From Botryllus schlosseri (lineage: Eukaryota), in NCBI GenBank assembly GCA_051294905.1, contig CM119372.1, forward strand, positions 8,122,001-8,186,000: 64,000 bases of DNA, in the 5' to 3' direction. The notes beneath the pieces were generated by a model. It had not been told where the DNA came from. It was given only the letters and a program-made list of their open reading frames with translations, and searched no databases. The translations under genes were made by a program, and so were the position numbers. This document shows, piece by piece, positions 50,301 to 63,390 of the stretch (position 1 is the stretch's first letter; each line of letters begins with the position of its first letter).

Positions 50301-53300
50301 AATGTAGAGGTCTCGCGGACCCCGGAAATTGCTTTGCGGACCCCCGGTTGAGAACCGCTGTTTTAGACATTTGACATTAGACATTTTGACACGTGTTGCC
50401 GATATTGAACGAATGGCAGACGGGGTCAAAGTAATCAGTGTTGGTACTCAAGCAAAAGTATCAGTAATGTCGTAAATATCTACTCCGGTACAAGTACAAT
50501 TAGCGATTTGCAAGCAAGTAAAAAAGTCAGCATTCTAGGCCAAGTTTTGCTTAAAAAACTGCTTGAGTGAGTACTGTAAGTAATGGGAATGGAATGTTTT
50601 ATATTTTGCAATTATTCACTTACTCATGATCTCCTTACACACAATCTGTGCATATGCATACCATGAGTCTATGATGTGCATATGCCGCTGGACAAGGAAA
50701 GTGCAAAAATAGGCTTTCTAAGTCTTTTACCACCCCTCCATGCTATCCCGGTAATGCTGAGCGCCAAGCGGGGAAGCCACGGATACCACTTTAACTGATC
50801 AGGTCTCTGGTCTGATTCAGCCAGGAATTGAACCACTTGACTCAACCATTAGCCTACGCTATCTTGTTGGTCGGCAAAGCCTACTTGGAGTACTTCAAAA
50901 ATTCGAAGTACTTCATCACTGACCACCTCTGTGGTTGGGACATACTTATTTTGCTCACAACACGTCTTCCACAATGCAGATTTTTGACTCGTTAATCGTC
51001 GTAGCCGCTGTGATCTCAAATTTCTGCGCGGCCTTAATTGCCGGACTGAACACTCCTTACGATTCGATCTCGTTAGTGATCGTTTTGCGACTCGTGCGAA
51101 TTCACTCCTTGATCAAAGGTAGAGAATGCTATGAAGTGTTTTTGTGCACTTCAGCCTTATTGAAATGTGTCTTCTTTACAAGCGAAAACGGTTGTAAAGA
51201 CGCGAGAATTGAAAAGCCGCAACGCGAGAATCGGCGAAGAATTGCGTCTTGCCAATTATAAGATAGCAAGCTTGCAAAGAGCTGTCCGCGAGAAGGACGT
51301 GAGTTGAATTTGTCTGCGAATTTGGCAATTTATTACCGGTGTTATTAACCGGTTTATTACTTCTTTCGATATGCAACTGAATAATGTATTCATGTTGAAA
51401 TATACGCAAATAGTTTCGGCTGAGGCTCGTCGAGGGTAATCGTCAGCAACTAGTGGAGAACTTTGTAGGCCTATATCAACAGTTGTATCACCGAATACGG
51501 CGTCACAGTCATCGAATAATCGGGGCGAACAGTTAGTTCAGGGTCAACATACTGTTCATTTTTGTTTCGGCCAAATGTGCCAACAGAAGTAGTTCTTGTA
51601 TAATCTAAAAATAATACATTGAGCTTAAGACGTCTGTTTGCCTTGATTGGTCAAATTTTTGATGCCGGTGGCGTCATAGCCTATTTGGTGATACGTCTGT
51701 TGATATGCAAAGCTCCTTTAAAATCTCTATTAGTTGCTGACGTTTACCCCTGATGGGTGTCAGCAGAAAATATTATTTCAATGTGAATATATTATTCAAC
51801 ACATAATATGTTTTAAAGTGAAGATTTAGACCAGTGGCTCCCAACATTTTTTGACACATATTTATCGCCCCCCATATTTCGGATCCAAGAAAGAAAACAT
51901 AATTTATACAGCTAACTCCGATCGCTGGTAAATTGACTAAAAAAAGGTCACCTTTCCGAGGCGATCCTGTTATCTGAAGATAGTTTGTGGCGTGTTGACC
52001 TGTCTTTTTTTAGTCGACTATTGCGGCAGCTCCAGAATAACCCGTTTTTTACATGTATTTTGTGCCGGTATCTGGTTGCCGGGTAATTAAATATGTCTGA
52101 CTGGAAGTTCCAACATTTTCGCTTCCTATCTCGCCCGTATGTTTTGGCCCCCTGTTTCTCAAAATTGGCCACTGGGTGGCAATATCGCCTACGTTGGGAG
52201 CCACTGAGTTAGAAGTAAATTTATCCCCCCCCCCCCCCCCACATACACACCCGGAAACAGGGTTGCAGCCACTCTCAACCCACCGTCAATTGGCCAAATA
52301 CTCTTTTATTTCAATATGAATTTTGTATGTAATCAATTATATGTTGTTGAAGTTCTGTAGGCCTACATCTTTCATATTCATAAATCAATGGCTCTGCTAT
52401 TTTCATGCTGAAATTTCTAGGATGTAATTACATCGCCTTTTAAGATGGTGTTAACTTAGATGATGTGGTTATGATGTGTTGATGATATTGTATTACAACT
52501 TGGCCTCCAGCGATTTGATTATGATTGATATGATTTCATCTTCCTTGCTCCTGGGATGATGTCATTGGTAGGCCTATGGCATCTGTCTGTGATGGGTTTA
52601 GCCATGAAAGCAGATCTAAAACCATTCTCTTTATAATTGGAAAGATGCCAGCGCCAATGCTATGACTATCAACTTATGTTATGAACTGTGTACATATCGC
52701 AAAGTACGGTACTAACTATGACTGTAGCTAGTTAGCCATGAATTTTTGGTATTGGATACGCGCTTCACAAACACTGTTGCATAAATCGGTAATATTATTT
52801 GTTGTTCTTATAATTTATGTCATTTTGACTCTCAAATTCTTGTTGAGTGTCAAATATTCAGACACTTGAATGCCGGTTATCTGGCTTTGATGCTGTTTTT
52901 TGATTAAAGTTACTTAGTTAACTACTCGGTCAGCATTTCCAATTTATTGACAATTCGATTCCAATTTGCGTCTGGATTCCGTCTCAACTTTCCTATGTAT
53001 TTCCTGTATCACTTGAGGCGCGGATTTGAACAGCAAATCTCACCACTATTCTTATGACATAGTCATGTCAGCGACGTTTTAACGCTTGTCTTTGAGACGG
53101 ACCGGTGTTTGTGATCCACGAAATCTCCTGGAAGTGCGAACAATCTCAATTCATACAATCGTTTTTCTCAAGTGATTGGAAATAATTGAAGGATGGCACT
53201 ATACCTCGGAGATATATTCTCAGTTACCCGGTCAAGTTGAGACTATAATTCAGTAGTTTTCAGTCTTTCACATTGTCTTTCAATTAGTCTCTTGTACCTA

Positions 53301-55485
53301 CGGTACCTGAATGATTATGAGTCAAGTATTAAGCATACGGCAGAGTATTGAGTTCGCTCATTATGACACTAGCAGTGCAAAAGACTACGGAAGTTCAAAT
53401 ATGCACCTATTTGCGACCACTGGGAAAACAATACTAGTTACCGACTCTCCCTACTTCACTAGACTTATCACAATTGACACTCAACTCATTTGGTCACACA
53501 TTTTGGTTGTCTTGAATGCCATCACGCTTGTTATGTAGTGTGACGTCACATAATATTATCTGCTGCGATTAATCTATTGTTTGCACCGCAATTATCTCTT
53601 ATACCAGCAATACTCTCTTTTCAGTATGAAATCACACAGATGCAAGCTCACCTGGGCAACGTAGCTCCGAATCAACCCGGTCCGCTATCCACAACGCAAA
53701 AAGGTGCGATCGACGCGGGGTCAAGAGCCGCTGCAGCTGACGCAGATTTGGAATTAGCCATTGCTTTGAGCAGGCAAAGTTTGGATGAGGTACGGAAAGA
53801 GTGATGGGCCGAATTTTTGCCCACTTGCATTAGTTTAAGAGTATTTGGTGAATTTTGATCGTGGTTCGAGACTTGAGAGTGGTTGCAGACCTGTTTACGG
53901 CAGGGATAAATTTACTTCTAAATCTTCATTTCATAACATATTATATGAATGTAATATATGAATAATATATTATTTTGAAATTAACCCGATTATTTTTGGC
54001 TGACACTCGTCGGGGTTAATGGTGGAGAATTGAAATTAACACTGTATATAAACATCAACAATCGTATTACGGTACCAAATATGACATCGCCTGCATGCGA
54101 ATTCGAATAATCGAGACTAACAGATCTATGACGAAAATTTTTGGGTTCCTTCCAATACGAATTTTTTGCTCAATTGTACTTTAAAGTTCTATACCTCCGA
54201 GAGTCTCTTCTTATGATATGACATAGTGTAACATAGTCTTCCTAGTTTAAGACATGGTTATAAACTTAATGAGCGTCGAATTTGTTGGTGCTGATTCTAG
54301 CCAGTGCTTTACTGCGAGCCGGTTATGTAAATTTCTCTTGTAGATCACGATGTTGATCTGTCACTTAAAATAATTTCTACTTGAAATTTCAAGTATGGAA
54401 CGCATTTATTTTGACTTTAACGCTGCCGAAACAGAATTTTGATGTGATCTGGAATAGAAACGCCACAAGTATGCAGTCTAAGGGATAATAATGGTCTTGC
54501 TTGCAAAAAAGTATAAATTTTCCTTTACCAACCACCAATATTTCGAACTGACACTCCTCAACTTTCAGGACACCTCTGGAGTGGTTAACAAAGCTTTTTT
54601 GAATCACCGACGCACAGAGGAAGCAGATATGATGGTTCTAGTTCATGAAAGACCTGATGAAACTGACAGGTAGGTACACAATCACTTCTTAATAGGTTTT
54701 ACGAGTTTGCTAATTCCTACTGACTATAGCCAAGGATGTTGTAACATGGTTTATATGCAGTTTATCTGGATAATTGAGCCGTTTAAACGTAGATCACACA
54801 AGTTATAGACATCGTTGTGTTGTCTTCTAAATTTGTTTTTTTGTTCAGCATGGGCTATAACACGGACGACAATCATAAAGTTGTGAGCCATATAGACGAA
54901 TATTTCTCCCGATTGGAGTCTACGGGTGAGAAAATCTGGTTTACGGTCGCTGGGCAAATGTGCGTGAATTGCTAACAATGACTGTTTGTAGGACGCAACC
55001 ATTTTAACACCGGAACTAATCCAAAAGTGCAAGCCATGAATCTTCCCATACAGTCCAATGCCAGTCCGAAAAGAAATTTCGACACTTTGCAATCCAGCCT
55101 GAACTCTTTGAATATTTTGCAACCGGAAAATAAGGATTTCGAACCTATATCAATATGTGTCGATCCGTCGATTCTGGAATGCGAGTCGCCTGTTTCCGAG
55201 ACTGCTGCAGCGAAAATTGGGGATGGGAATAAACCGATTAGTGGTAACTGTGAACCACCAGTGGATAGCCTCGACACTGTCAATGTTGGTGAATCGAACT
55301 GCGAAACAGCTTCGGATATGAAGGGAAGCGTTGGTGTTTCGAAATCGCCGTCAAAAAATTCAGACTCCTCTGTAAGTTGCGAGTCTGGATACTCAAGTAC
55401 AGAATCAGACGCCAAGAAGAAGTTAGATGCGTCGACCACCGTCAACAGTGGTAACGATAACACGATAGCAACGTCTCGTGTGTAG
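44368..55485 (+). CDS. TMEM266: TMEM266/Hv1-family voltage-sensor-domain protein; exons 44368-44417, 44977-45263, 48102-48155, 50980-51118, 51183-51298, 53625-53789, 54569-54669, 54849-54925, 54992-55485; start exon not determined
   Basis: Nine phase-consistent GT-AG exons give S1 (LLVELIID), S2 (LHWFAFAVLVGFLIE), S3 (IFDSLIVV), S4 (DSISLVIVLRLVRI), a coiled coil and YEITQMQAHL, paralleling TMEM266 (LTLELLID, IHWISLVIL..F.E, VFDGAVII, DAISLIIMLRIWRV, FEIRQLRAHL). Confidence 0.8.
45382..46675. mobile_element. hAT MITE A (intron of the TMEM266-like gene); contains an L2 tail and a dispersed-repeat copy
   Basis: Degenerate CGGTGGTTTTTAACC / GATTAAGAACCACTT ends flanked by GTCTAGAC at 45374-45381 and 46676-46683. 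Confidence 0.8.
46684..47945. mobile_element. hAT MITE B, directly tandem to MITE A
   Basis: TIR CAGTGCTCTTCAACC / GGTTGAAGAGCACTG; TSD GTCTAGAC at 46676-46683 and 47946-47953. Confidence 0.92.
48914..50360. mobile_element. hAT MITE
   Basis: TIR CAGTGGTTCTCAACC / GGTTGAGAACCGCTG; perfect TSD TTTTAGAC. Confidence 0.92.
50684..50862 (-). mobile_element. tRNA-derived SINE, diverged copy of the 63391 family
   Basis: The reverse complement shares GGTATCCG..GC..CC.GCT.GGCGCTCAGCA.T...GGATAGCATGGAGG with 63483-63535 and has a B-box-like GGTTCAATTCC. Confidence 0.7.
51380..51800. mobile_element. MITE whose ~130-bp arms are a dispersed repeat (other copies near 29480, 39690, 46375, 49770, 53945)
   Basis: The core TTCGGCTGACACTCGTCAGGGGTAATCGTCAGCAACTAGT occurs inverted at ~51415-51455 and ~51730-51770 and at five other loci. 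Confidence 0.7.
51832..52206. mobile_element. hAT MITE
   Basis: TIR CAGTGGCTCCCAAC / GTTGGGAGCCACTG; degenerate TSD ATTTAGAC / AGTTAGAA. Confidence 0.8.
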
Positions 55486-55785
55486 GAAATGGACTTCTTG
55501 CCAACACTTTGAGGGTGAGCATTACAGTTACAGTTCTGTTCATATTTCCTCATCATGGGAACATGTAAACGTTCATTTGAATATTGCACTGTCGAAATGG
55601 GACCTCCTTAAAAAGGTTGTAACCAAGTCACGAGGTTCCGAGTCACAAATGAATTCTACTTTTATAGTTTTCCCCACCGAGTCAAGTCCACACCAGGGAT
55701 CAACTGGTCGACTTCGAGTCATAGTGTTGGGACTTGGGTCCGAGTCCAAGTCATAAAGTTCACTGTTCATTATTGAGGTCTAGAC

Positions 55786-56887
55786 CAGTGGCTCCCAACG
55801 TGGGCGATTTAGCGGTCTAGGGGGGCGAAAATAACAAAGTGGGCGATAGGGGGGCAAAAACGGACGGAGGGGGCGATAGTGGGGTGATGGCGCGTTAAAA
55901 CGGCTATATTGGAGTCGGGACCGTAACTAGCGCACCCCAAACCCCCCAATTAGGGGTGGGGGGCCCGAAATTGAAGGAAGCCCAAAAATATTTCGTGAAT
56001 TAACATGAATGATAGAGTAATTTTTAGAAATTCATGCGACATTTTCAAATCTTTTTCGCGCTGGGCGCGATTTACTATTTTCATGTATCTTTTTATGTTG
56101 GGGTCCCCGTCACCCAACAAAAATATGCATGATTTATGGAAATGAGAGACTTCGGCGTCGGCCATTACTGCGCCACGACGCACCAAGACATATGAAGTTA
56201 GAGGCCATGTAACAAGCGACTCCGAGAAGTGTGCCAGAACGATCAGCAGCGAGAAGACCTTGGCCGAAAAGGAATGCCTTTGTGCTGACTGGAAACTTCG
56301 ATATATATACATATATGTTTAGTTGTCCATAGGCGCCTCAATGGCTGGCGTAGAATGTTCCTGTCCTGGCGTCCTTGACCCTACAGGACAAATGTCATCC
56401 CGCAAGGAAAAATCATTTGCCAGTAGAGAAATATCAATATGAAATCATGTGCGCCTTTTAGTTTGGTACGTTTTGACGATTTCCATATCTTCTGACATAG
56501 CAGATATAGGAGGTCACGAAATAGCATCATGTAAAGAAGTCAATATAAAAACGATTCCGCCCGAAGATGTTTAATTATTATTTAGGGGTCCTACCTTTTC
56601 CAACATACCACATCGACCATATTGACCGATTCAAACATGAATTATATAAATTTGTCGCGCCTCGCGCGTTTAGGCGAAATACGGTGACTCACCAAACAGT
56701 ACATGAAATAGGGTATAGCTAATATATAGCGACAAAAAGCCCACTGGCTGAAGGGGATCTGGGGTTTAGTTTAACACCCTATGGGGCCAAAGAAAGTGCT
56801 GTTTTTCGGTTCCCAATATTTGGGGGGCGATGATCGGTGTGGAGCTTCAAAAGGGGGCGATGAGCCGAAAAAGGTTGGGAGCCACTG
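55786..56887. mobile_element. hAT MITE containing a copy of the 5312-type element
   Basis: TIR CAGTGGCTCCCAAC / GTTGGGAGCCACTG; perfect TSD GTCTAGAC. Confidence 0.92.
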
Positions 56888-56939
56888 GTCTAGACGGTTC
56901 AAATCACTTCTGTGACAATCTTGGATGATATCGAAGGCC

Positions 56940-57420
56940 TCGCAATAAGGCTGTTCATAAAAAAAAATTTCAGATTTCGCTGACCACATGATAAAGTTGA
57001 TAGGTTGGTTAAAAATATGCTGCACACCAACTTTGGCTCAATTCCAACCAGTAGGAGCGAAATTCTTGCAGTAGAAAGTTTTGAATTTATCATTAAAAAA
57101 TAAAACATTAAAATTTCAAAATTTTTCTGTCGACCCCATAAAATTGTTAGGCTGTCAGTAGACATGATGCATACCAATTTTGACTCAATTCCAACCACTA
57201 GAACGAAGTTATTGCAGTAGAAAAATTTCTAATTCCATGATTTTATAATAAACAATTGAAGAGTTAGTCATCGTAAATGCTATTTTATTCAAATCCAATT
57301 TTTTTTACTGCAATAACTTCGCTTCAAGTGATTGGAATTGAGCGAAATTTGGTGTGCATCATCTCTATTGACAACCTAACAATTTTATTGGGTTGACAGA
57401 AAAATTTTCAATTTGAAATA
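56940..57420. repeat. Two direct ~165-bp modules plus one inverted module, related to the internal arms of 62696-63315 and to ~47570-47860
   Basis: Recurrent CTCAATTCCAACCA.TAG..CGAA.TT.TTGCAGTAGAAA and its reverse complement. Confidence 0.7.
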
Positions 57421-58776
57421 AATGCCAGAAATCAATTCAGTCACTTCATATGCATCATGTCATCCATATTGATGTCGAAATGAAATGAAATTCGATGTTT
57501 TTTAACCTGGAGATAAATTTCATATACTTGACTTCCAATATCGTCATGCCAGCAAGGTGTTTGTCGCCTTCTGTTACATAATAATACATATTGAAATGTT
57601 TTCTAATCCAAAGATCCAACATATCACAATTTTCATTGCATCTATTTTTTCCAGCTGCTGTGAAGCGGCAATGGTTTGAAGCGGAATAATATATCGGTTG
57701 AATGGCTTATTTCGAAGGTCTGACTCGATTGTGTTGTATGACGAAGGGAAGCGATTGGTTTTGATTTTTCGTTGAATTCATGGAATCATAGGTGAAAATT
57801 TGAGTGCACTTTGTTTCCTTTTCTAAATTTACGCATTTGAGATCTGAATAGTCTATAGAAGTCCCATTCTTGCTTTTTGGTGGACTAGTCTGCCTTTACT
57901 ATTGTTGCACTTGATGTCAATGTTTCATATAACTTTTCTTGTGTCGTTTATCATATACTAAGCAATTATCTGAGAAATTTAACAATTTGTTGCCATACGC
58001 TGATTTTATATTTGCAGTGCCTATTCGAGTGTTTAATCATGAGTACTTTTTGACCGAAGATTCTTGCACAGTTTCTGCTTTTGTTGAGGTTCGACCCTCC
58101 TCTTTCCGTATGACGCAGTGTTAGCTCCAGTGATCATGATAATTAAATCCATTAACTGTCAACTGTTTCATAAACAAATGATATTAGTCTTTTATTGTCA
58201 GCTTTAATGTTTTTTTTAAATATGTTTCACTTTGCTCCAATTTTTGAATATCTATACCTAAAATATCGGGTAGAGTAGACTACTCACAAAGTATGACCTA
58301 CGAATAAGATGAACTGATTACATCTTAACATGTGAACTCAATACCCGTACCGACCTAGATTCTAACAGGTATGTGTTAATGATTATGATATGTTATATAA
58401 TGCACTTTTGTCACTGAAATCATATATTGGCGCTGTGTTGAATCTGAATCTTTCATTTCCAATTCATTTTCGCAACAGATTTTATTACATTCGTGCCCTA
58501 CAGGGTATAGCTGTGTTTTTGTATCATGGTGTAGCAAAGAGATTTTGCATTTTGCGTATATCTGCCTGACTTGTCATACTTTCTTTTCCAACATATGTTA
58601 CAATGATTTTATGATAAATACACATAACGGTATTGCATGTGTCGTTTTATCCAGCACTCGGTAGCTTTGAGTATCTGTTAGCTTTAGTACGAAGCTACGT
58701 ATGACAACGTTGATTAGCTGTCACTCTTTCTCCTAGTTATCGTGGACCTCCACTGACGATCTATACTGGTCTATAC

Positions 58777-59690
58777 CAGTGGTTCTCAACCGCCGGTCCG
58801 TGACAAGTTTCCTGCGGGTTTGCCACATATATTCGACACCATTTCCAAAAAGCAAGAAATTTGGCACTTTTCCGTTTATTGATACAAAACAACAAATTTT
58901 TCATTTATTCAGAAGTGTGAAACGTATTTTTCGCATTGCGGGCATGTGTATGATGTAAAGAACGCGCAGACAGCGGCTGTATCAAACATGTCCGACGCAG
59001 GCGATTTCAAATCGGCGTTCATTATTTCACGATGCGGGTCGCATCAGCCGTCTACTCAGATTATTCGGTGCCGAACATTTCGACGATCGGTCATATCAAT
59101 ATTGTAGGTTTTAGCCAACCAGCATCGGTCATTTTTGGCCGAAGTTTTGTCGGTGCCGAGCTCATTGGCACCACACCTTGCCCATTGGTATCTTGGTTAA
59201 AACTTGATGTCTTTATGTGTCGCGGTGCGGAACAGGTTGACCCGATCATTGCACACCTCTACACGAAAGCAGTTCAACGGTCTCTAACATTTTTGTTTCG
59301 AGAAATTCGACAAATATGATCACTCTGATGTCCTCGCGACCCAAAATTATACCCTTCGCGTCGTTCGCGACACATACTTTAAGAAACCCTGTATTAAAGG
59401 ATACCGACCAATCACAATCTGGGTGGGGGTCGTTAATAGGAATTCGCGAGTTTCGCCTTCAGAAAATTCAATAGAACCACGTACAAATATCTGGTATCGA
59501 AAAGGCATCATTCGGGGATGTCCCTGACATCATTAAATGTAGTATCCTTTGTTACATTTAAGTTGAATGCATGTATCGTAATTTAGTTTTGGCTGACTTT
59601 TGGTTTTGAAGGCTTACCGGTCCGCAACATTATAGTTTAGGCTTTAGAAGTTTCACCGGTCCGCGAGGTTAAAAAGGTTGAGAGCCACTG
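58777..59690. mobile_element. hAT MITE
   Basis: TIR CAGTGGTTCTCAACC / GGTTGAGAGCCACTG; perfect TSD GTCTATAC. Confidence 0.92.
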
Positions 59691-59814
59691 GTCTATACTG
59701 TCCATGTCCATGGTCTATTGCATGTAGCAGCAGCTAAACCAAGGGTCGTCACCCCATATTGGGCGAAGGACCACTTTTCCGACTTCTCAGACCCCGCCAA
59801 TTGCAACATTGACT

Positions 59815-60360
59815 TGTAGAGAGAGAGAGAGAGAGAGTCTTTATTTTCATCGAACCAAAATACATAACAAACGGCAGTGATGGTGGTACAGAAAATATGC
59901 GTGCACAGTATTCGGTATTAGATAGGAATGATCGATAAGACCGTGAAGGTCATCTAGTCTGATCACACCAGCATCAAACAGGTACACTTGACTCAGAACA
60001 GTCTGGCTGTAAAAAAATGTTTAGTTACGAAAGGAAAATAGAAAAAAAATTAAACAATGGTAGCAAATGATCAATGAAGCAATGTCTGGGCGAGGTAGGG
60101 CAACAGTGTTAGTGTAACGACAAGAGGTGATCAAGTAGGGCTTTTTTGAATCTATTATAAGGCAATTCACGGATATGTGATGGTAATGCATTCCAGATGA
60201 TAGGTCCCGAGAAGTCGATAGATCTCTTAGTTAGGTTGCTATTGGGTTGGGGTAGGAAGAACAAGCGTAAGGCATGAACATTTGGACGAGACGTTTCTGA
60301 ATGATTGCTTCCAAAATTACGATTTTCATGGTCGCAATCAACGGAAACGTACTTAACCAT
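59815..60360 (-). mobile_element. L2-type LINE 3' end (distinct family) with a (CT)n tail
   Basis: FFLPQPNSNLTKRSIDFSGPIIWNALPSHIRELPYNRFKKALLDHLL*; the UTR ends in AAAATAAAGA followed by (CT)n on the minus strand. Confidence 0.75.
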
Positions 60361-60569
60361 GGCATCTCAAAGAGATGCAATATTCTAAGTATATTATTTT
60401 ACCGTGGTACATGGGATACGGCGCCCTGCTGTTGTGACGATCTCGGTCCAACAGAACTTAGCCTCTCGAGAAAGTATATAGCCTATACTGCGGAAGTATT
60501 CATGTTCTTTTTTCACAAAATTGGCGCTTATCAACTCATTTGCGCCCGCACAGAATTTCCATTAGTTCA

Positions 60570-60857
60570 GCGTCTTTCGAGGTCTTTTCGTCAGATTACG
60601 GACGGCTTCCGTCCACACGCTCTTCCACCATCGGTCTCTCTCGGTTTTCGTGCGTCCGTATCCTGTCTTTTTGCTGTCGGTTTTTGGCTCGACTCACCTT
60701 CATTCCGGGCTTTTTCATACACTGTAATATCAACGAGGTTAGCGATGAGGAGCCCAGCCCAGATAAACTTCCGACGCATAGAAGTGGGTCCGAACCGGGA
60801 TTCGAACCACTGACATTGGTGTCGTGACGCTGGTGCTTAACCAACTGCCACTCGCTT
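60570..60857 (-). mobile_element. tRNA-derived SINE
   Basis: A-box-like TGGCAGTTGGTTAAG and B-box GGTTCGAATCC, no closable acceptor stem; the downstream TTATCTGGGCT..CTCCT motif is shared with the 30745-31050 SINE. Confidence 0.65.
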
Positions 60858-61550
60858 CAATATATATTCAATACTCGTCGAGATATATTTTCCCAATTAT
60901 TCATGATAATTTGTCTGCAAAAGCGATTGAAGTGGAAGTAATGCGAAATCAAAACTACTTTTGTGCGCAGTGAAAAGGTTTGGAGGAAACGCTTTCCACT
61001 GGACCCGATCCCAACGTCTATACAGGCCTACTTGGTCAAACTAAAAACGTAAAAAATCTAGAAATATGTCAATTTCGCCAATAAATTTGACTGTTAATCT
61101 CATGTCCACACGTGGGCGTTATTGCATCAACGACGTCAGTCCGGCACTACTACAATTTTACATGGACTCTGGACAGGACAACATCAGAAGTGACTGGTTT
61201 TCCTTATCGCGATACACGAACTACGAACCCCAAACCTCGAATCAATCGATTTACTTACAGTCTTACACGATGCCCATTGACCATCGTGTATCTTAATGAA
61301 TAATATCTCATGTGTACCGTGTTGTATATTCAGTATTCAAATTCACGTTCACACGATTACTCCTATGTAAATCAGTTCCAACTGGCACATTCAACTGTCA
61401 AATTATACTCTGCATTGTCTTACTTTTGTATGTCACTGATATCAGTTCTGGGAATCAAGAATTTATTCTGGGGACCGCTAAACTGTTTCACAGTTAGAGA
61501 TGGCTAGGGTGGGCGTTGTGTTGCTCATGTACTGTACAAGTACTCCACAC

Positions 61551-62500
61551 CAGTGACGTGCGGTCCAATGAGGCAGATGAGGCAGTGCTTCACCCGTCGT
61601 CAGGGCGAATAAGTGAAAATTGTGAAAACCCTCCATGAGTCGATGATTATTGATATTTTACATCGATGTTCATGAATACCTAAATTTGAACATTTTTTCA
61701 CACAACATCATCAATTTTCATAATTATTATTCAAAAATACAACGCGAAAGGAGAGTTGCAGCACAGGTGAGGCACGGGCGGGTCGTGCCTCACCTGCGAC
61801 AATGCAATTCATCATAAATAGCTCGGAATTCATAACAACTGGTATCAATCAAATGCTATCGTCACACTGATTCCGAAAATCCAAATATTAACAGTGTCAG
61901 ACCACCAGAACCCCCTCAAAATCGCCTAGGAATGTGACATTCGGCTTTATTACAAACAATGCCCTCGCAGAGAAACAATAACCAGGTGAGGCACAAACGA
62001 ATTTGTCTCATGTACTATTCGCTAACAATTGGTCAATCGCAGCACAGTGAAACGCGCTATCGATTTCGGAATACAACAGTCTTGACTGTCTTGTAGGAAT
62101 TACATAGTAGCGACGGCCAATACGTAATGCGGAGCAAATACATTCCCTTACTTATGTAGCTGTTATTTATTTTCCGTTAAATTGTGGTTGCTACTTGCAT
62201 AAGCTGCATTGTCGTTGCTTTATGCTTCGAATAATTTATACCGGTTCTTGAAGAGATAGTAATTATTATCCGTCTAAACTTGCCCATTTAGCACAATAGC
62301 GACCAGTCCTACATGTATTGTATAATGTGGAATTGCAAAGGCTATCAGTGTGCAAAGAAAATGCTCTCTATACCCGCTGCTGTTGTTATTCACATTTTGG
62401 ATCTCTTTATCAGGTAGGCTACTTTACGTGCGTGCGTGTGTGTGTGTGTGTGTGGGGGGGGGCGTGCCTCACCAGCCATGAGCCTCACCGCACGTCACTG
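61551..62500. mobile_element. hAT MITE
   Basis: TIR CAGTGACGTGCGG / CCGCACGTCACTG, subterminal GAGGCA repeats, flanks CTCCACAC / CACTACAC. Confidence 0.8.
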
Positions 62501-62695
62501 CACTACACGCAGTTCCGAATCCGCCGTCTCGATCCCCATGCACTTCATCATAATCATCAGTTTATTCAAATTTATCAAATCAATACACCACAAGATTTCA
62601 ATATAATGAAAAGATATAGGCGGGTGCGCAGAATCGACATGGAATAGTCTTTTAATCAGACACCCACCTTGACCTACAGCATGAGAAATGCACAC

Positions 62696-63315
62696 TAGGG
62701 CTGTTCAAAAATAACTTTTTTTTCTGGATTCCAGCCATTCAGTGATTAAATTGTCAGGTTACCCCAAAAAACGCTGCTCACCAAATTTGGTTCAATTCTA
62801 ACAAGTATAGGGCTCCGCAGATCCAATTAAAATTTTTAATTTATACAGGAAAATTATTAAAAAAAATTTTTTTTCATTTTTCTGTCAACCCCGTGAAATT
62901 GTTGAGTTGTCTTCAGGGACGATGCAAAAAAAATTTGACTCTATTCAGACTAGTAGAAGCGGAGTTATTTGAATTTTTCATTGATAATTCTCGGATTATC
63001 CTTGATTGGTGGATAATCCGAGGATTATCAACGAAAAACTCCAATAACTCCAATTCTACTAGTCCGAATTGAGTCAAATTTTTTTTGCATCGTCTCTGAA
63101 GACAGCTCAACAATTTCATGGCGTTGACAGAAAAATTTTAAAAAACTTTTTTTTTAATTTTCCTGTATAAATTAAAATTTTTAATTGGATCCGCGGAGCC
63201 CTATACTTGTTAGAATTGAACCAAATTTGGTGAGCAGCGTTTTTTGGGGTAACCTGACAATTTAATCACTGAATGGCTGGAATCCAGAAAAAAAAGTTAT
63301 TTTTGAACAGCCCTA
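62696..63315. mobile_element. Fully palindromic foldback MITE (hAT-type TAGGG termini), 620 bp
   Basis: About 305-bp inverted arms with a ~11-nt loop near 63001-63011; perfect 8-bp TSD ATGCACAC. Confidence 0.95.
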
Positions 63316-63390
63316 ATGCACACTTGACCGAGACATCTCAAAGTTTTTATGCTCCCACGGTTCTCCCTCTCAAAGGAGCTTGCGAGGCCG

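Noticed and set aside
60780-60857. Functional tRNA gene (minus strand)
   Set aside because: Shortened D-arm, no clean anticodon or acceptor stems, and downstream sequence shared with another SINE copy.
61066-61303. Overlapping short ORFs as a possible exon
   Set aside because: No recognisable domain and no convincing splice partners.
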